Assembly (NCBI GenBank): GCA_045589595.1
Contig: JAZNPK010000011.1
Span: 341 to 64,340, forward strand
From: Victivallales bacterium
GTDB lineage: Bacteria; Verrucomicrobiota; Lentisphaeria; Victivallales; UBA1829
Direction of reading: 5' to 3'
DNA length: 64,000 bases
Shown here: in pieces, positions 6,620 to 15,664 of the stretch
Layout: each line of letters starts with the position of its first letter
Numbering within the stretch: position 1 is the stretch's first letter
Made by a program: the position numbers and the translations under genes
Notes under the pieces: model-generated
Databases searched by the model: none
The model's input: the letters and a program-made list of their open reading frames with translations, nothing else
Told to the model about the DNA's origin: nothing

Positions 6620-7669
6620 ATGAAAAAATTGCAAAACAGATTTTTGGCGAAAGATTTTACACTGATCGAAATGCTGACCGTGGTAGCGATCATTCTGATC
6701 CTTGTATCGCTGATGTTTCCGGCGATGAACAAACTCAAATCGCAGGCGGGGCGTCTCAACTGTCTGAACCGCGTGAAAGATATCGCACAGATGAATCTGC
6801 GGTTCGCAGGACGGAACAACGGCGAAGTGTGTCTGACTGTCAACGCTCCCCTGAACGATGCCAAGGACCGTTCCGATGCCGGCGGTCCTCCGGGCGTGTT
6901 GATCCCCACCGCTACTTATTTCCGCTGGATGTCACGTATGGCAGAGGACGAAGCCGGATACGCGGTGCCGCACATGTCCGCAGAATGGTGGAAATTCCTC
7001 TGTGATAATGTGCTTCCCGCCTGGAACCGCGGCGAGAACGGCTGGTTAAATACCGCACAGAAATACTGGCAGATCGAAAAAGGCGGCGAATCCCGCGCCC
7101 GTATGTGGCCGATCGATTACTATCTGGTGTACTCGCAGGGTAATTTCGGGACGAATGAAAACGGCAGAAAAAGCGGTCGTACCTACTCCTGCTGGGCGAA
7201 AGACCTGATTACCGGCGAAGAGTATGTTGCCACCAAAATCACATCACCGATGCTTCTTGCCAATGTGGCACGCCCGGGTTTGAGAACGTATGTGACCGAA
7301 CACGGCGAAGACGTCGCTGACGACAACGCATTCCATTATATCAAATTCAAAAGATATGATCAGCAGATCGATGGCACTTATGCCAAAGGTTACGGCTATA
7401 TCCCGGGCTACGGCGCCGCAGGAATCGGCAAAGAAAGTATTGAAGAAGTCGGTTACAGCGGCTATGTGCAGAGCCATAAACGCTTCCCGAAAATAAAAAT
7501 CGATGTGGAAGAAGGACGTCACGAAGGCTATACCCTCCACGGATTCTTTGACGGCCATGCCGAAATGATCGATGTGGAAAGAGTCGGATCCGGTCAGCTC
7601 CCCAAAGGCGGCGATAAGGCGAAAGACCTGAAAGGTATTTACGGCTACGTCACTTCCATCGACGAATAA
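6620..7669 (+). CDS. Prepilin-type N-terminal cleavage/methylation domain protein with a C-terminal H-X9-DG motif
   Basis: 349 aa. N-terminus is MKKLQNRFLAKD-FTLIEMLTVVAIILILVSL. The C-terminal RH-EGYTLHGFF-DGH gives H-X9-DG, the signature of the family I recall as TIGR04294. SD GAGGAGA lies upstream. Confidence 0.85.
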   Translation: MKKLQNRFLAKDFTLIEMLTVVAIILILVSLMFPAMNKLKSQAGRLNCLNRVKDIAQMNLRFAGRNNGEVCLTVNAPLNDAKDRSDAGGPPGVLIPTATYFRWMSRMAEDEAGYAVPHMSAEWWKFLCDNVLPAWNRGENGWLNTAQKYWQIEKGGESRARMWPIDYYLVYSQGNFGTNENGRKSGRTYSCWAKDLITGEEYVATKITSPMLLANVARPGLRTYVTEHGEDVADDNAFHYIKFKRYDQQIDGTYAKGYGYIPGYGAAGIGKESIEEVGYSGYVQSHKRFPKIKIDVEEGRHEGYTLHGFFDGHAEMIDVERVGSGQLPKGGDKAKDLKGIYGYVTSIDE

Positions 7670-7688
7670 CACACAGAGTGTGCCATAC

Positions 7689-7772
7689 CAGCGTTCCGCC
7701 GCTGGACCACGGCAAGGGCTCAGCCCTTGTCGTTGAGCAGAAAACTTGCACTCTGTGCCGCCTTTTCTGCCA
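7689..7772 (+). repeat. 84-nt three-hairpin repeat element, copy A (3' of the plus-strand gene)
   Basis: Three hairpins: CCAGCG-ttccgc-CGCTGG, CAAGGG-ctcag-CCCTTG and GCAGAAAA-N18-TTTTCTGC. Its reverse complement aligns with 7945-8027. Differences are concentrated in loops and linkers, and the stem arms I checked are conserved. Confidence 0.7.
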
Positions 7773-7944
7773 TAGTCAATGTTGCAGGCAACATTGACGG
7801 AATGGAATAAAATAGAATTCCAACGCACACTGTGTGTGCCGTATAGTGTCATCGCGTAACGCTCACGCTTACTTAATGGCACGATGAGGCAGAAAAAGCT
7901 TATCTGATTTTCACCGTTTTTGCAACGGGTTGCAAAAACTTACG

Positions 7945-8027
7945 GCAGAAAACACCGCACGAAGTGCAAGTTTTCTGCTCGCGTCAAGGGCCCTGCCCTT
8001 GCTGCGGTCCAGCGGCAGTCCGCTGGT
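7945..8027 (-). repeat. 83-nt three-hairpin repeat element, copy B (3' of the minus-strand gene)
   Basis: Inverted copy of 7689-7772. The same three stems are conserved, while loops differ (gactgc, caggg). It is oriented relative to its upstream gene in the same way as copy A. Confidence 0.7.
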
Positions 8028-8048
8028 CGCGCGAAGCGCGAAATACAC

Positions 8049-9014
8049 TTATTCCTGAACGGCGTCGAGGCTTTTGGTTCTGTCTTTCATGGGGAGTCTG
8101 CCGGCGGCGCCGGAACCTTTTACGCCGAGGAACGGGAGGTCGCGGATTTCTTCGTAGTCCTGATCGGGAACGGCTTCTCTGCCGCCTGCGACGGTGACAT
8201 ATCCGTTTTTCGGATCGGAGACGAGCATGGGTACGCCTGCGACTTTTATAAGGATCTTCCGTTGATCGAGTTTACCATCCAGCGTGAATACATAGTATGC
8301 GTAAACTCTGTTGCTTGCGGCGACGATCATGTGGAGACGGCTGAGGAAATCGACCTGGAGCTGTGGTCTGAATTCGGGACCGAGATCGAATGCCACGCGA
8401 CGGTTTGCATAGACATTATTTTCGTCTTCGATCTTCAAATTCAGCACCTGAGCTTTTCCAGTGGAGTAGGAGATCAGGCTGTACTGGCGTTGTTCCACTT
8501 TTTTATTTTCCGCTTTATTATTTGTCAGATCGGGTACGCCGACGGGCATTTTCCAGAGAGTCACGCCGCGCACAACGGAAACATAAGTGGGATTGGAAAG
8601 GTATTCGTCCCGGAACAGACCATGTGAAACGACGGCGCGGATGCAGTATTTTCCAACGGTTCGCATATCATAATAATCGCAGAGATTGAATGTATATTCC
8701 TGCGTGGCGCCGGGGGGGATGATGCTTCCGATCAGGGGCGGGAGATTATCGGGATTGAGGGGCTGCACCATCCGTTTGCTCCGGTCGCTGTCCGGTTCGA
8801 TTTCAAAGCGCAGACCGCCTTTGAGTTTATCGGTTTTTCCGAATGCGACAGCGTGAGCGGAAAAGTTCCGTATGGCGACGCGTACGAAGATCGGTTCAAA
8901 AGGCAGATAATTGAGTTGTGTGATCCGCATGGAAACGGCGAGCTGCGCGGAAAGGTCACCGATACAGCTGAAAATCAGCATAAAGAACAGGATCGCGGCG
9001 GCAAATTTTTTCAT
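8049..9014 (-). CDS. Hypothetical secreted protein
   Basis: The start is moved to ATG 9014 (SD AAAGGAAAC), giving the signal peptide MKKFAAAILFFMLIFSCIGDLSAQ. It lies 16 nt downstream of the heptosyltransferase stop. No motif was recognised. Confidence 0.7.
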   Translation of the reverse strand: MKKFAAAILFFMLIFSCIGDLSAQLAVSMRITQLNYLPFEPIFVRVAIRNFSAHAVAFGKTDKLKGGLRFEIEPDSDRSKRMVQPLNPDNLPPLIGSIIPPGATQEYTFNLCDYYDMRTVGKYCIRAVVSHGLFRDEYLSNPTYVSVVRGVTLWKMPVGVPDLTNNKAENKKVEQRQYSLISYSTGKAQVLNLKIEDENNVYANRRVAFDLGPEFRPQLQVDFLSRLHMIVAASNRVYAYYVFTLDGKLDQRKILIKVAGVPMLVSDPKNGYVTVAGGREAVPDQDYEEIRDLPFLGVKGSGAAGRLPMKDRTKSLDAVQE

Positions 9015-9030
9015 AGTCGGAGTTTCCTTT

Positions 9031-10080
9031 TTACGATTTCCGGTTGAGCATGAGGTCGATGGCTGCATTTGCGGCAGTATCGGGACGGAGTAATTGATGA
9101 CATTTCATATCGGGACATACCCGGTTGAAACAGCAGATACAATCCAGATCGGGCTGAATGGTGATACTGTTTTCGGAATATGGTCCGGTCAGCTCAGGAT
9201 CAGTGGGACCGAAGGGGGCGACCACCGGGACATTCAGAGCGGCGGCAATGTGCATCGGTCCGCTGTCGTTGCAGAGGAAAATACTGCATTTCCGGATCAG
9301 TTCCACCAGGGGGCCGAGGCGCGTTTTACCGCAGAGATCTGTGGCGGAAGCGGGATCATCCAGCAATTTCCGGATGGCTGCGGCAGCGGGATGTTCATCA
9401 TTTGTTCCCATCAGCAGAACATGCGCTTCGGGGAAGCGTTCCATCAGCCGTTTGACCACGCTTGCGAAATAGGTCGGCGGCCAGCATTTGGACTGCCATC
9501 TTGCACCCGGCGCGACGCCGATAAACATTTTTCCTTCCGGGATCCCCTCCTGCGCCAGAATATCTTCCGCTTCCAGCAGGAAACCGGGATCCACCGCCAA
9601 CGGTGCGGAGAAATGAACTTTATTCACATCCAGCCCCAGAAAACCTGCAATGATCTCGTTATTGCGTACCACGGCGTGCTGTCCGGGTGTGCGGACGATT
9701 TTTTTCGAGTAGAAGAACCGGGCGGCTTTTTCCCGCGGATCATCGGGTCCGGCATGGATCTTTGCTTTTGCAATGGACCCGAAATATGCGCTGCGCATCA
9801 ATCCCTGCAGATCGATCACCGCATCGTATTTTGTCTGACGCAATTCTTTGCGGAGTTTCAGATAGGACGGCAGAAACGAACCGAAGGAACCGAGCGCCTT
9901 GCGGTCAAAAATGATCGACCGTTCCACGCAGGGGAGATAACAGAGCAGTTGTGCGAACGCCGGATGGATCAGCCAGTCTGCCGTTCCTTTTGTTTTGCGA
10001 CAGAGTGCAGAGACCGCCGGAAATGCGTGAAGAACATCGCCCAGACTGCTCGGTTTGACGATCAGAAACCTGCTGCTCAT
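9031..10080 (-). CDS. Glycosyltransferase family 9 (ADP-heptose:LPS heptosyltransferase-like)
   Basis: 349 aa. The N-terminal FLIVKPSSLGDVLHAFPAVSAL and DLQGLMRSA are typical of WaaC/WaaF-type heptosyltransferases. Confidence 0.85.
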   Translation of the reverse strand: MSSRFLIVKPSSLGDVLHAFPAVSALCRKTKGTADWLIHPAFAQLLCYLPCVERSIIFDRKALGSFGSFLPSYLKLRKELRQTKYDAVIDLQGLMRSAYFGSIAKAKIHAGPDDPREKAARFFYSKKIVRTPGQHAVVRNNEIIAGFLGLDVNKVHFSAPLAVDPGFLLEAEDILAQEGIPEGKMFIGVAPGARWQSKCWPPTYFASVVKRLMERFPEAHVLLMGTNDEHPAAAAIRKLLDDPASATDLCGKTRLGPLVELIRKCSIFLCNDSGPMHIAAALNVPVVAPFGPTDPELTGPYSENSITIQPDLDCICCFNRVCPDMKCHQLLRPDTAANAAIDLMLNRKS

Positions 10081-10090
10081 GAAAACAAGC

Positions 10091-10894
10091 TCAACTTCCT
10101 ATGCCGAGCCGGTAGGACAACCGTTCGGGCAACCCGGCGGCAATGATCTTCTGCTGGGCAGATCCAATGTCGTAGGGAACAACATAGCGCGTAATGACTC
10201 TTGCTTCGGAATCAAAAACGGCGAAAGATGCGCGCGGATCCCGGTTCCGGGGCTGTCCAACGCTGCCGACATTGACAAGATATTTGTATCCCGGCTGCAT
10301 TTCGAGGGGGAATTCCCCATCTTTCAGGGCGGTTTCCGCATCCACCTGGGGACTTGCCCATTCCGGAACTTCCTCAATGGGTTTTCCGGCGTGGAGGATC
10401 ACCGGTTTCTTGCAGAAGACCAGCGGTACATGGGAATGACCGCAGAAACAGAGGGGCGTAAACTGATACGTGAAGTTGTCGGCGGCATGATGGGTGTCGA
10501 AAATATAACCCCACGCTTCCGGACTGTCCAATGTGGCATGGACGACGGTGAAATTGGAGCCGCGGGGCGTGACACGCATCGGCAGATTTGCCAGATAGTA
10601 ACGGTCATCCCGGCTCAACTGGTGTTTTGTCCACAGGATCGCGGCGCGGGCGTGCTGATTGAATCCTTCCATGATCTCGTCATGGTTGGATGCAAATTCA
10701 TCGTGATTCCCCTTTACCACGGCAATAGGATTGAGGGAACGGAGCAAATCCAGACATTCCACCGGGTTCGCGCCGTAGCCGACTGTATCTCCGAGGGATA
10801 TATACTGATCCACGCCCAGTTCTGTGCATTTGGCGAGAACCGCCTGAAACGCCTCCAGATTGGCATGAATATCACTCAGGATCGCGTACTTCAT
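10091..10894 (-). CDS. Metallophosphoesterase family protein
   Basis: 267 aa with MKYAILSDIHAN, GDTVGYG, GNHD and GHSH metal-binding motifs. Confidence 0.85.
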   Translation of the reverse strand: MKYAILSDIHANLEAFQAVLAKCTELGVDQYISLGDTVGYGANPVECLDLLRSLNPIAVVKGNHDEFASNHDEIMEGFNQHARAAILWTKHQLSRDDRYYLANLPMRVTPRGSNFTVVHATLDSPEAWGYIFDTHHAADNFTYQFTPLCFCGHSHVPLVFCKKPVILHAGKPIEEVPEWASPQVDAETALKDGEFPLEMQPGYKYLVNVGSVGQPRNRDPRASFAVFDSEARVITRYVVPYDIGSAQQKIIAAGLPERLSYRLGIGS

Positions 10895-11044
10895 TTCTCT
10901 TCTCTTTCAAAACTTGGTTGACAACTGCTGATGAAACAATGGAAATATAACCCCCTTTTTACAATATGAAAGTGCAGATTGCGAAAAAAATGCAATTTTC
11001 TTTCCTGTTTTTTCAGAAAAAGCGTAAAAAGCGCTTGAAAATTG

Positions 11045-11073
11045 TGCAAATCGGTTTTATGTTTCACTGTGCG
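11045..11073 (+). promoter_or_regulatory. Candidate promoter of the pilus/secretion ATPase operon
   Basis: TTGAAA (11045-11050), 17 nt, TATGTT (11068-11073). It lies inside the 5' extension of the track ORF, which argues for the shorter start at 11119. Confidence 0.35.
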
Positions 11074-11118
11074 ATTATTATCGATTTTTTACGAGACGAA
11101 AGGATAAAGGTATTCACC

Positions 11119-12822
11119 GTGGCGGAGAACAGCGATTACATTTTGGAGCTCCTGACCGAATATGGCATGGTCACAGAGGAGCAGATCGATGAAGGATGGC
11201 AGAAAGTAGCCGATTCCGACGGAAGATTGGATATCGTCGATGCACTCCTGGAACTGCATTATATCGAACAGAGCGATATGATGGCGATGCTCGCCCAGCA
11301 ATATGGGCTTGAAACACTCGACCTGACCGGTTACGAGATCCCGGAAGAAGTTCTTGCTTCCGTTCCCGCTGAGGTGGTGCGGCAGTATAAAGTCGTTCCC
11401 GTGATGCTGCACGATGATGTGCTGACCATTGCCATGAGCGACCCCACTGACATGGAAACGCTGGACAGCCTCCGGTATGTGTTGAACCGCGATGTGGAAG
11501 CCGTTATCTCCCCTATCGAACAGATCCAGAAAGTGATCGACCAGCACTACGGGACCCTCGCGGACTCCGTCAACAACCTGCTCGACGGCATGGAAACCGG
11601 CGATCTTGAACAGGTTGAAGATGCCGATACCGGCAATGAAGCCACCGGCGATGATGCGCCGATCATCCGTCTGGTGTACCTGCTCATCACAGAAGCATAC
11701 AAACTCAAAGCATCGGATATTCATCTGGAACCGATGGAAAAACGGTTCCGCGTCCGCTACCGTATCGACGGTGTGCTGCGGGAAATGGAAAGTCCCCCGA
11801 AATATCTGCAGGCGAACATCATCTCCCGTATCAAGATCATGTCCCGTATGGATATTTCCGAAAAGCGTATCCCGCAGGACGGCCGTATTCAGGTGCGGGT
11901 GCAGAACAATGATATTGACTTGCGTGTATCTGACATCCCCACAACGCACGGCGAAAGTATCGTCATGCGTATTCTCGACAAGAGCAGTATCCAGCTGGAT
12001 ATCCCCCAGCTCGGTTTCTATACGGACGACCAGGAAAAAGTCGATAAGATCATCGGCTTCCCGGACGGTATCTTCCTCGTGACCGGACCGACGGGTTCCG
12101 GCAAGACCACCAGTCTTTACGCCTTCCTGAACGCCATCAACACGCCCAACCGCAAGATCATTACGGTGGAAGACCCGGTGGAATATCAGCTGGCGGGTAT
12201 CAATCAGGTGCAGGTGAACGCCCAGGTGCAGATGACCTTCGCCAATGCCCTCCGCGCAATGTTGCGTCAGGCGCCGAACATCATCATGGTTGGTGAAATC
12301 CGAGACCTGGAAACTGCCGAAATCGCCATCAACGCATCACTTACCGGTCACCTTGTGTTCAGTACGCTCCACACCAACGACGCGCCCAGTGCTGTGACGC
12401 GACTGATCGATATGGGCGTCAAGCCCTTCCTTGTGGCATCTTCTGTACGGGCGATCATGGCACAGCGTCTTGTGCGCCGCGTCTGCAAAAAATGCGCCGC
12501 GCCGTACACGCCCACGCCGGATGAGATCCGACTCCTCGGTCTGGATGAGGATTTTGTCAAAAATTCACAGTTCAAGAAGGGCCGCGGCTGTTCCGCCTGC
12601 GGCAATACCGGGTATAAAGGACGTATGGGTATCTATGAGATCTTCATTCTCGGTGAAGAGATCCAGAACCTGATTTACAGCAAGGCTGCATCCAATGTGA
12701 TCCGTGACGCCGCACGGAAGAGCGGGATGAGAACTCTGCGCGAAGACGGCCTCCGCAAAGCTGCGGCAGGTACGACCACCCTTGAAGAAGTCCTTGCCAC
12801 CACCATCGGCGACGCGAACTAA
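11119..12822 (+). CDS. GspE/PilB-family type IV pilus / type II secretion assembly ATPase (paralog 1)
   Basis: Has a T2SSE N-terminal domain, Walker A GPTGSGKTT, TGHLVFSTLHTND, and the tetracysteine CKKC...CSAC. I place the start at GTG 11119 (SD AAAGG 8 nt upstream). The track start at 10966 adds a lysine-rich, non-homologous extension. Confidence 0.9.
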   Translation: MAENSDYILELLTEYGMVTEEQIDEGWQKVADSDGRLDIVDALLELHYIEQSDMMAMLAQQYGLETLDLTGYEIPEEVLASVPAEVVRQYKVVPVMLHDDVLTIAMSDPTDMETLDSLRYVLNRDVEAVISPIEQIQKVIDQHYGTLADSVNNLLDGMETGDLEQVEDADTGNEATGDDAPIIRLVYLLITEAYKLKASDIHLEPMEKRFRVRYRIDGVLREMESPPKYLQANIISRIKIMSRMDISEKRIPQDGRIQVRVQNNDIDLRVSDIPTTHGESIVMRILDKSSIQLDIPQLGFYTDDQEKVDKIIGFPDGIFLVTGPTGSGKTTSLYAFLNAINTPNRKIITVEDPVEYQLAGINQVQVNAQVQMTFANALRAMLRQAPNIIMVGEIRDLETAEIAINASLTGHLVFSTLHTNDAPSAVTRLIDMGVKPFLVASSVRAIMAQRLVRRVCKKCAAPYTPTPDEIRLLGLDEDFVKNSQFKKGRGCSACGNTGYKGRMGIYEIFILGEEIQNLIYSKAASNVIRDAARKSGMRTLREDGLRKAAAGTTTLEEVLATTIGDAN

Positions 12823-12848
12823 TCTACAACGACGGAGAGAATGTAAAG

Positions 12849-14531
12849 ATGTTGGACCCGGAAAGTCAGTCCCTGAAAGATATCGTCCTCGCCAGCAATA
12901 TGGTGACCAAAGACCAGTTGATCGAGGTGGAGGAAGAATACGCCCGTACAGCCAAACCCCTGAAAGAACTTCTGATCAACTATGAGATCCTGACCGAAGA
13001 ACAGATCCTGGACCTGATCGCGTCCAGTCTGGGAATGGAGATCGTGGATCTCAGCCAGATGGAGATCGAAAAAAGCATCATCGACCTGATCCCGGCTGAT
13101 AATGCCCGTATGCTCGGCGCGATCCCGTTGGCATTTGACGGTATGACGATCACGGTCGCCGTCCGCAACCCCCTGAACTATCAGATCGCCGACGAACTGC
13201 GCTTCATGCTCGGCAAAGATGTGATGACCGTAGTGGCATCCGAAGCACAGATCGACAGCTGTCTGGAAAAATATTATCCCCTCGATCTCGGCTCCATGCA
13301 CGAAATGCTGGAAGAGATGAATCTGCAGGACGGCCTCAGCTCCCTGACGGATATTGATGCGGAAAGTGCTGCAAATGAAGCCCCGATCATCAAATTCGTG
13401 GACGCAGTTCTGTATCAGGCGGTGAAAGATAAAGCGTCTGACATCCATTTTGAGCCGTTTGAAAAAGAATTCAAGATCCGTTACCGTATCGACGGTGCGC
13501 TTTATGAAATGGCGCCTCCGCCCAAAAATCTGGCAGTTCCCGTGATCAGCCGTGTGAAGATCATGTCCAGTCTGAACATTTCCGAACGCCGGAAACCTCA
13601 GGACGGCCGTATCCAACTGAAAGTTGCCGGGAACCCCATCGACCTCCGTGTATCCACGCTGCCGACTCAGTTCGGGGAATCCGTGGTGCTTCGTGTGCTT
13701 GACCGCTCGGTTGTGAACCTGGACCTGGATATGCTCGGTATCAACGAACAGGTCCTTGCGAAGATCCGCGACATCATTTCCATGCCGAACGGTATCTTCA
13801 TCATTACCGGTCCTACCGGGTCCGGTAAGACCACCACCCTGTACTCCGCGCTCAAGGAGATCAACAAGGTGCAGGACAAGATCCTGACGGCGGAAGACCC
13901 TGTGGAATACGACTTGGAAGGGATCGTTCAGGTGCCGATCAACGATGCCATCGGGATGACCTTCGCCGCCGCGCTCCGTGCGTTCCTTCGTCAGGACCCG
14001 GACATTATCATGCTCGGTGAAACCCGAGACCTTGAATCTGCTGAAATGGCGGTTCAGGCATCGCTTACGGGACACCTTGTGTTCACGACCCTACACACCA
14101 ACGACGCCGCCGGTGCCATTACCCGACTGGTGGATATGGGCGTGGAACCCTTCCTTATCACATCGTCTCTGATCGGGATCCTCGGTCAGCGTCTTATCCG
14201 TAAGATCTGTACCGGCTGTAAAACGGCGTTTACGCCCACGGACGACGACCTTGCGGCGCTGGGGCTGAAACGGTCCGATATCGGCGACAATAAATTCTAT
14301 TACGGCAAGGGCTGCAGTCTCTGTCAGAATACCGGTTACAAAGGCCGGAAAGCCATTACGGAACTGCTTGCCATGAACTCCAAGATCAACGATCTGGTGC
14401 TTCAGAATGCACCGACCATCGTCATCCGCGATAAAGCCCGTGAACTCGGCATGGAAACCATGCGTGAAGACGGTATCCGCGCCATTCTCAATGGTGAAAC
14501 GACGATGGAAGAGATCCTGAAATATACATAA
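12849..14531 (+). CDS. GspE/PilB-family assembly ATPase (paralog 2)
   Basis: 560 aa with the same motif set (GPTGSGKTT, TGHLVFTTLHTND, CTGC...CSLC). SD GGAGAGAA lies upstream. Confidence 0.92.
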   Translation: MLDPESQSLKDIVLASNMVTKDQLIEVEEEYARTAKPLKELLINYEILTEEQILDLIASSLGMEIVDLSQMEIEKSIIDLIPADNARMLGAIPLAFDGMTITVAVRNPLNYQIADELRFMLGKDVMTVVASEAQIDSCLEKYYPLDLGSMHEMLEEMNLQDGLSSLTDIDAESAANEAPIIKFVDAVLYQAVKDKASDIHFEPFEKEFKIRYRIDGALYEMAPPPKNLAVPVISRVKIMSSLNISERRKPQDGRIQLKVAGNPIDLRVSTLPTQFGESVVLRVLDRSVVNLDLDMLGINEQVLAKIRDIISMPNGIFIITGPTGSGKTTTLYSALKEINKVQDKILTAEDPVEYDLEGIVQVPINDAIGMTFAAALRAFLRQDPDIIMLGETRDLESAEMAVQASLTGHLVFTTLHTNDAAGAITRLVDMGVEPFLITSSLIGILGQRLIRKICTGCKTAFTPTDDDLAALGLKRSDIGDNKFYYGKGCSLCQNTGYKGRKAITELLAMNSKINDLVLQNAPTIVIRDKARELGMETMREDGIRAILNGETTMEEILKYT

Positions 14532-14558
14532 TCTTATCCGGAAAGGTGATTTTGCATC

Positions 14559-15620
14559 ATGGTCGAAATGAATGAACTCCTCCAGGTGGTCGTGGATGAA
14601 GGCGCCAGTGACCTGCATCTTGAAGTCGGTGCCGCGCCGGTCGTACGTCTCCACGGCGCAATGACCCAGCTTGAACTGCCCCCGCTGCAGCCGGAAGATA
14701 CGGAACGGCTCATCCGCTCCATCGCCAATGAAAAACAGATCGAACAACTTATGACACAGGGCGGTTCCGACTTCGGTATCCCCTTCGGTGATCAAGCCCG
14801 TTTCCGTGTCAGTATTTTTCAACAGAAGGGATACTGGGGCGGCGTTCTCCGTCAGATCCCCAATACGCTCCTGCCGCTGGAAAAACTGGGATTGCCGCCC
14901 AGTATCAAGGACCTGCTTTACAAACCCCGCGGTCTGATCCTTGTGACGGGTCCCACCGGGTCCGGTAAATCTACAACTCTGGCTTCGCTGCTGGATATCA
15001 TCAACTCGGAACGTGCGTGCCACATCATCACGGTGGAAGACCCCATCGAATTTTATCACAAGCACAAACAGAGTATTGTGATGCAGCGTGAGATCGGGGC
15101 GGACGTGCCGAGTTTTGCGGAAGCGCTCCGCCGCGCACTGCGTCAGGACCCCGATATCATCCTCGTGGGGGAAATGCGCGACCTGGAAACCATTGAAGCC
15201 GCTATTACCGCTGCGGAAACCGGGCATCTGGTGTTCGGTACGCTGCATACCACCGGCGCCGCACGGACAGTTGACCGTATCGTTGACGCATTCCCCACCA
15301 ATCAGCAGGCGCAGATCCGTACGCAGCTCGCCTCATCGCTGGTGGCGGTGATCTCGCAGGTGCTTCTGCCCCGCGCTGACAGACCCGGCCGTGTGGCGGC
15401 GTTTGAGATCATGATCTCCACTCCGTCCATTCAGGCGTTGATCCGTGACAACAAGACGTACCGCATCACTTCAGACATCCAGACCGGTGCAAAATACGGT
15501 ATGAATACGCTGGATGCTCATCTGGCGGACCTTTACAGGACCGGTGCGATCACATACGGTGACATGATCACGATGGCGCAGGACAAAGAAGGTATTCTCG
15601 GTCTGCTCGGAATGAAGTAA
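14559..15620 (+). CDS. pilT: PilT-family twitching-motility / retraction ATPase
   Basis: 353 aa. Carries [28 protein letters not shown] and [12 protein letters not shown]. Confidence 0.9.
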   Translation: MVEMNELLQVVVDEGASDLHLEVGAAPVVRLHGAMTQLELPPLQPEDTERLIRSIANEKQIEQLMTQGGSDFGIPFGDQARFRVSIFQQKGYWGGVLRQIPNTLLPLEKLGLPPSIKDLLYKPRGLILVTGPTGSGKSTTLASLLDIINSERACHIITVEDPIEFYHKHKQSIVMQREIGADVPSFAEALRRALRQDPDIILVGEMRDLETIEAAITAAETGHLVFGTLHTTGAARTVDRIVDAFPTNQQAQIRTQLASSLVAVISQVLLPRADRPGRVAAFEIMISTPSIQALIRDNKTYRITSDIQTGAKYGMNTLDAHLADLYRTGAITYGDMITMAQDKEGILGLLGMK

Positions 15621-15664
15621 TACCGGAACCACGAATCAGAAACGTTAACAGAAGGAGTTGAAAT

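Noticed and set aside
7244-8627. Track ORFs 7244-7882 (minus, 212 aa) and 7920-8627 (plus, 235 aa) crossing the convergent intergenic region
   Set aside because: Both are assembled from antisense readings of real genes plus read-through of the hairpin repeats. The region is better explained as structured non-coding DNA.
10966-11118. 5' extensions of track ORFs: 10966 for pilB, and also 2557, 9068, 21420, 36224, 37163, 38935, 45288, 57955, 62097 and 62134
   Set aside because: The extensions lack homology to the families and often run through promoters, terminators, the tRNA or neighbouring genes. Each is followed by an internal start with a good SD that begins the conserved N-terminus.
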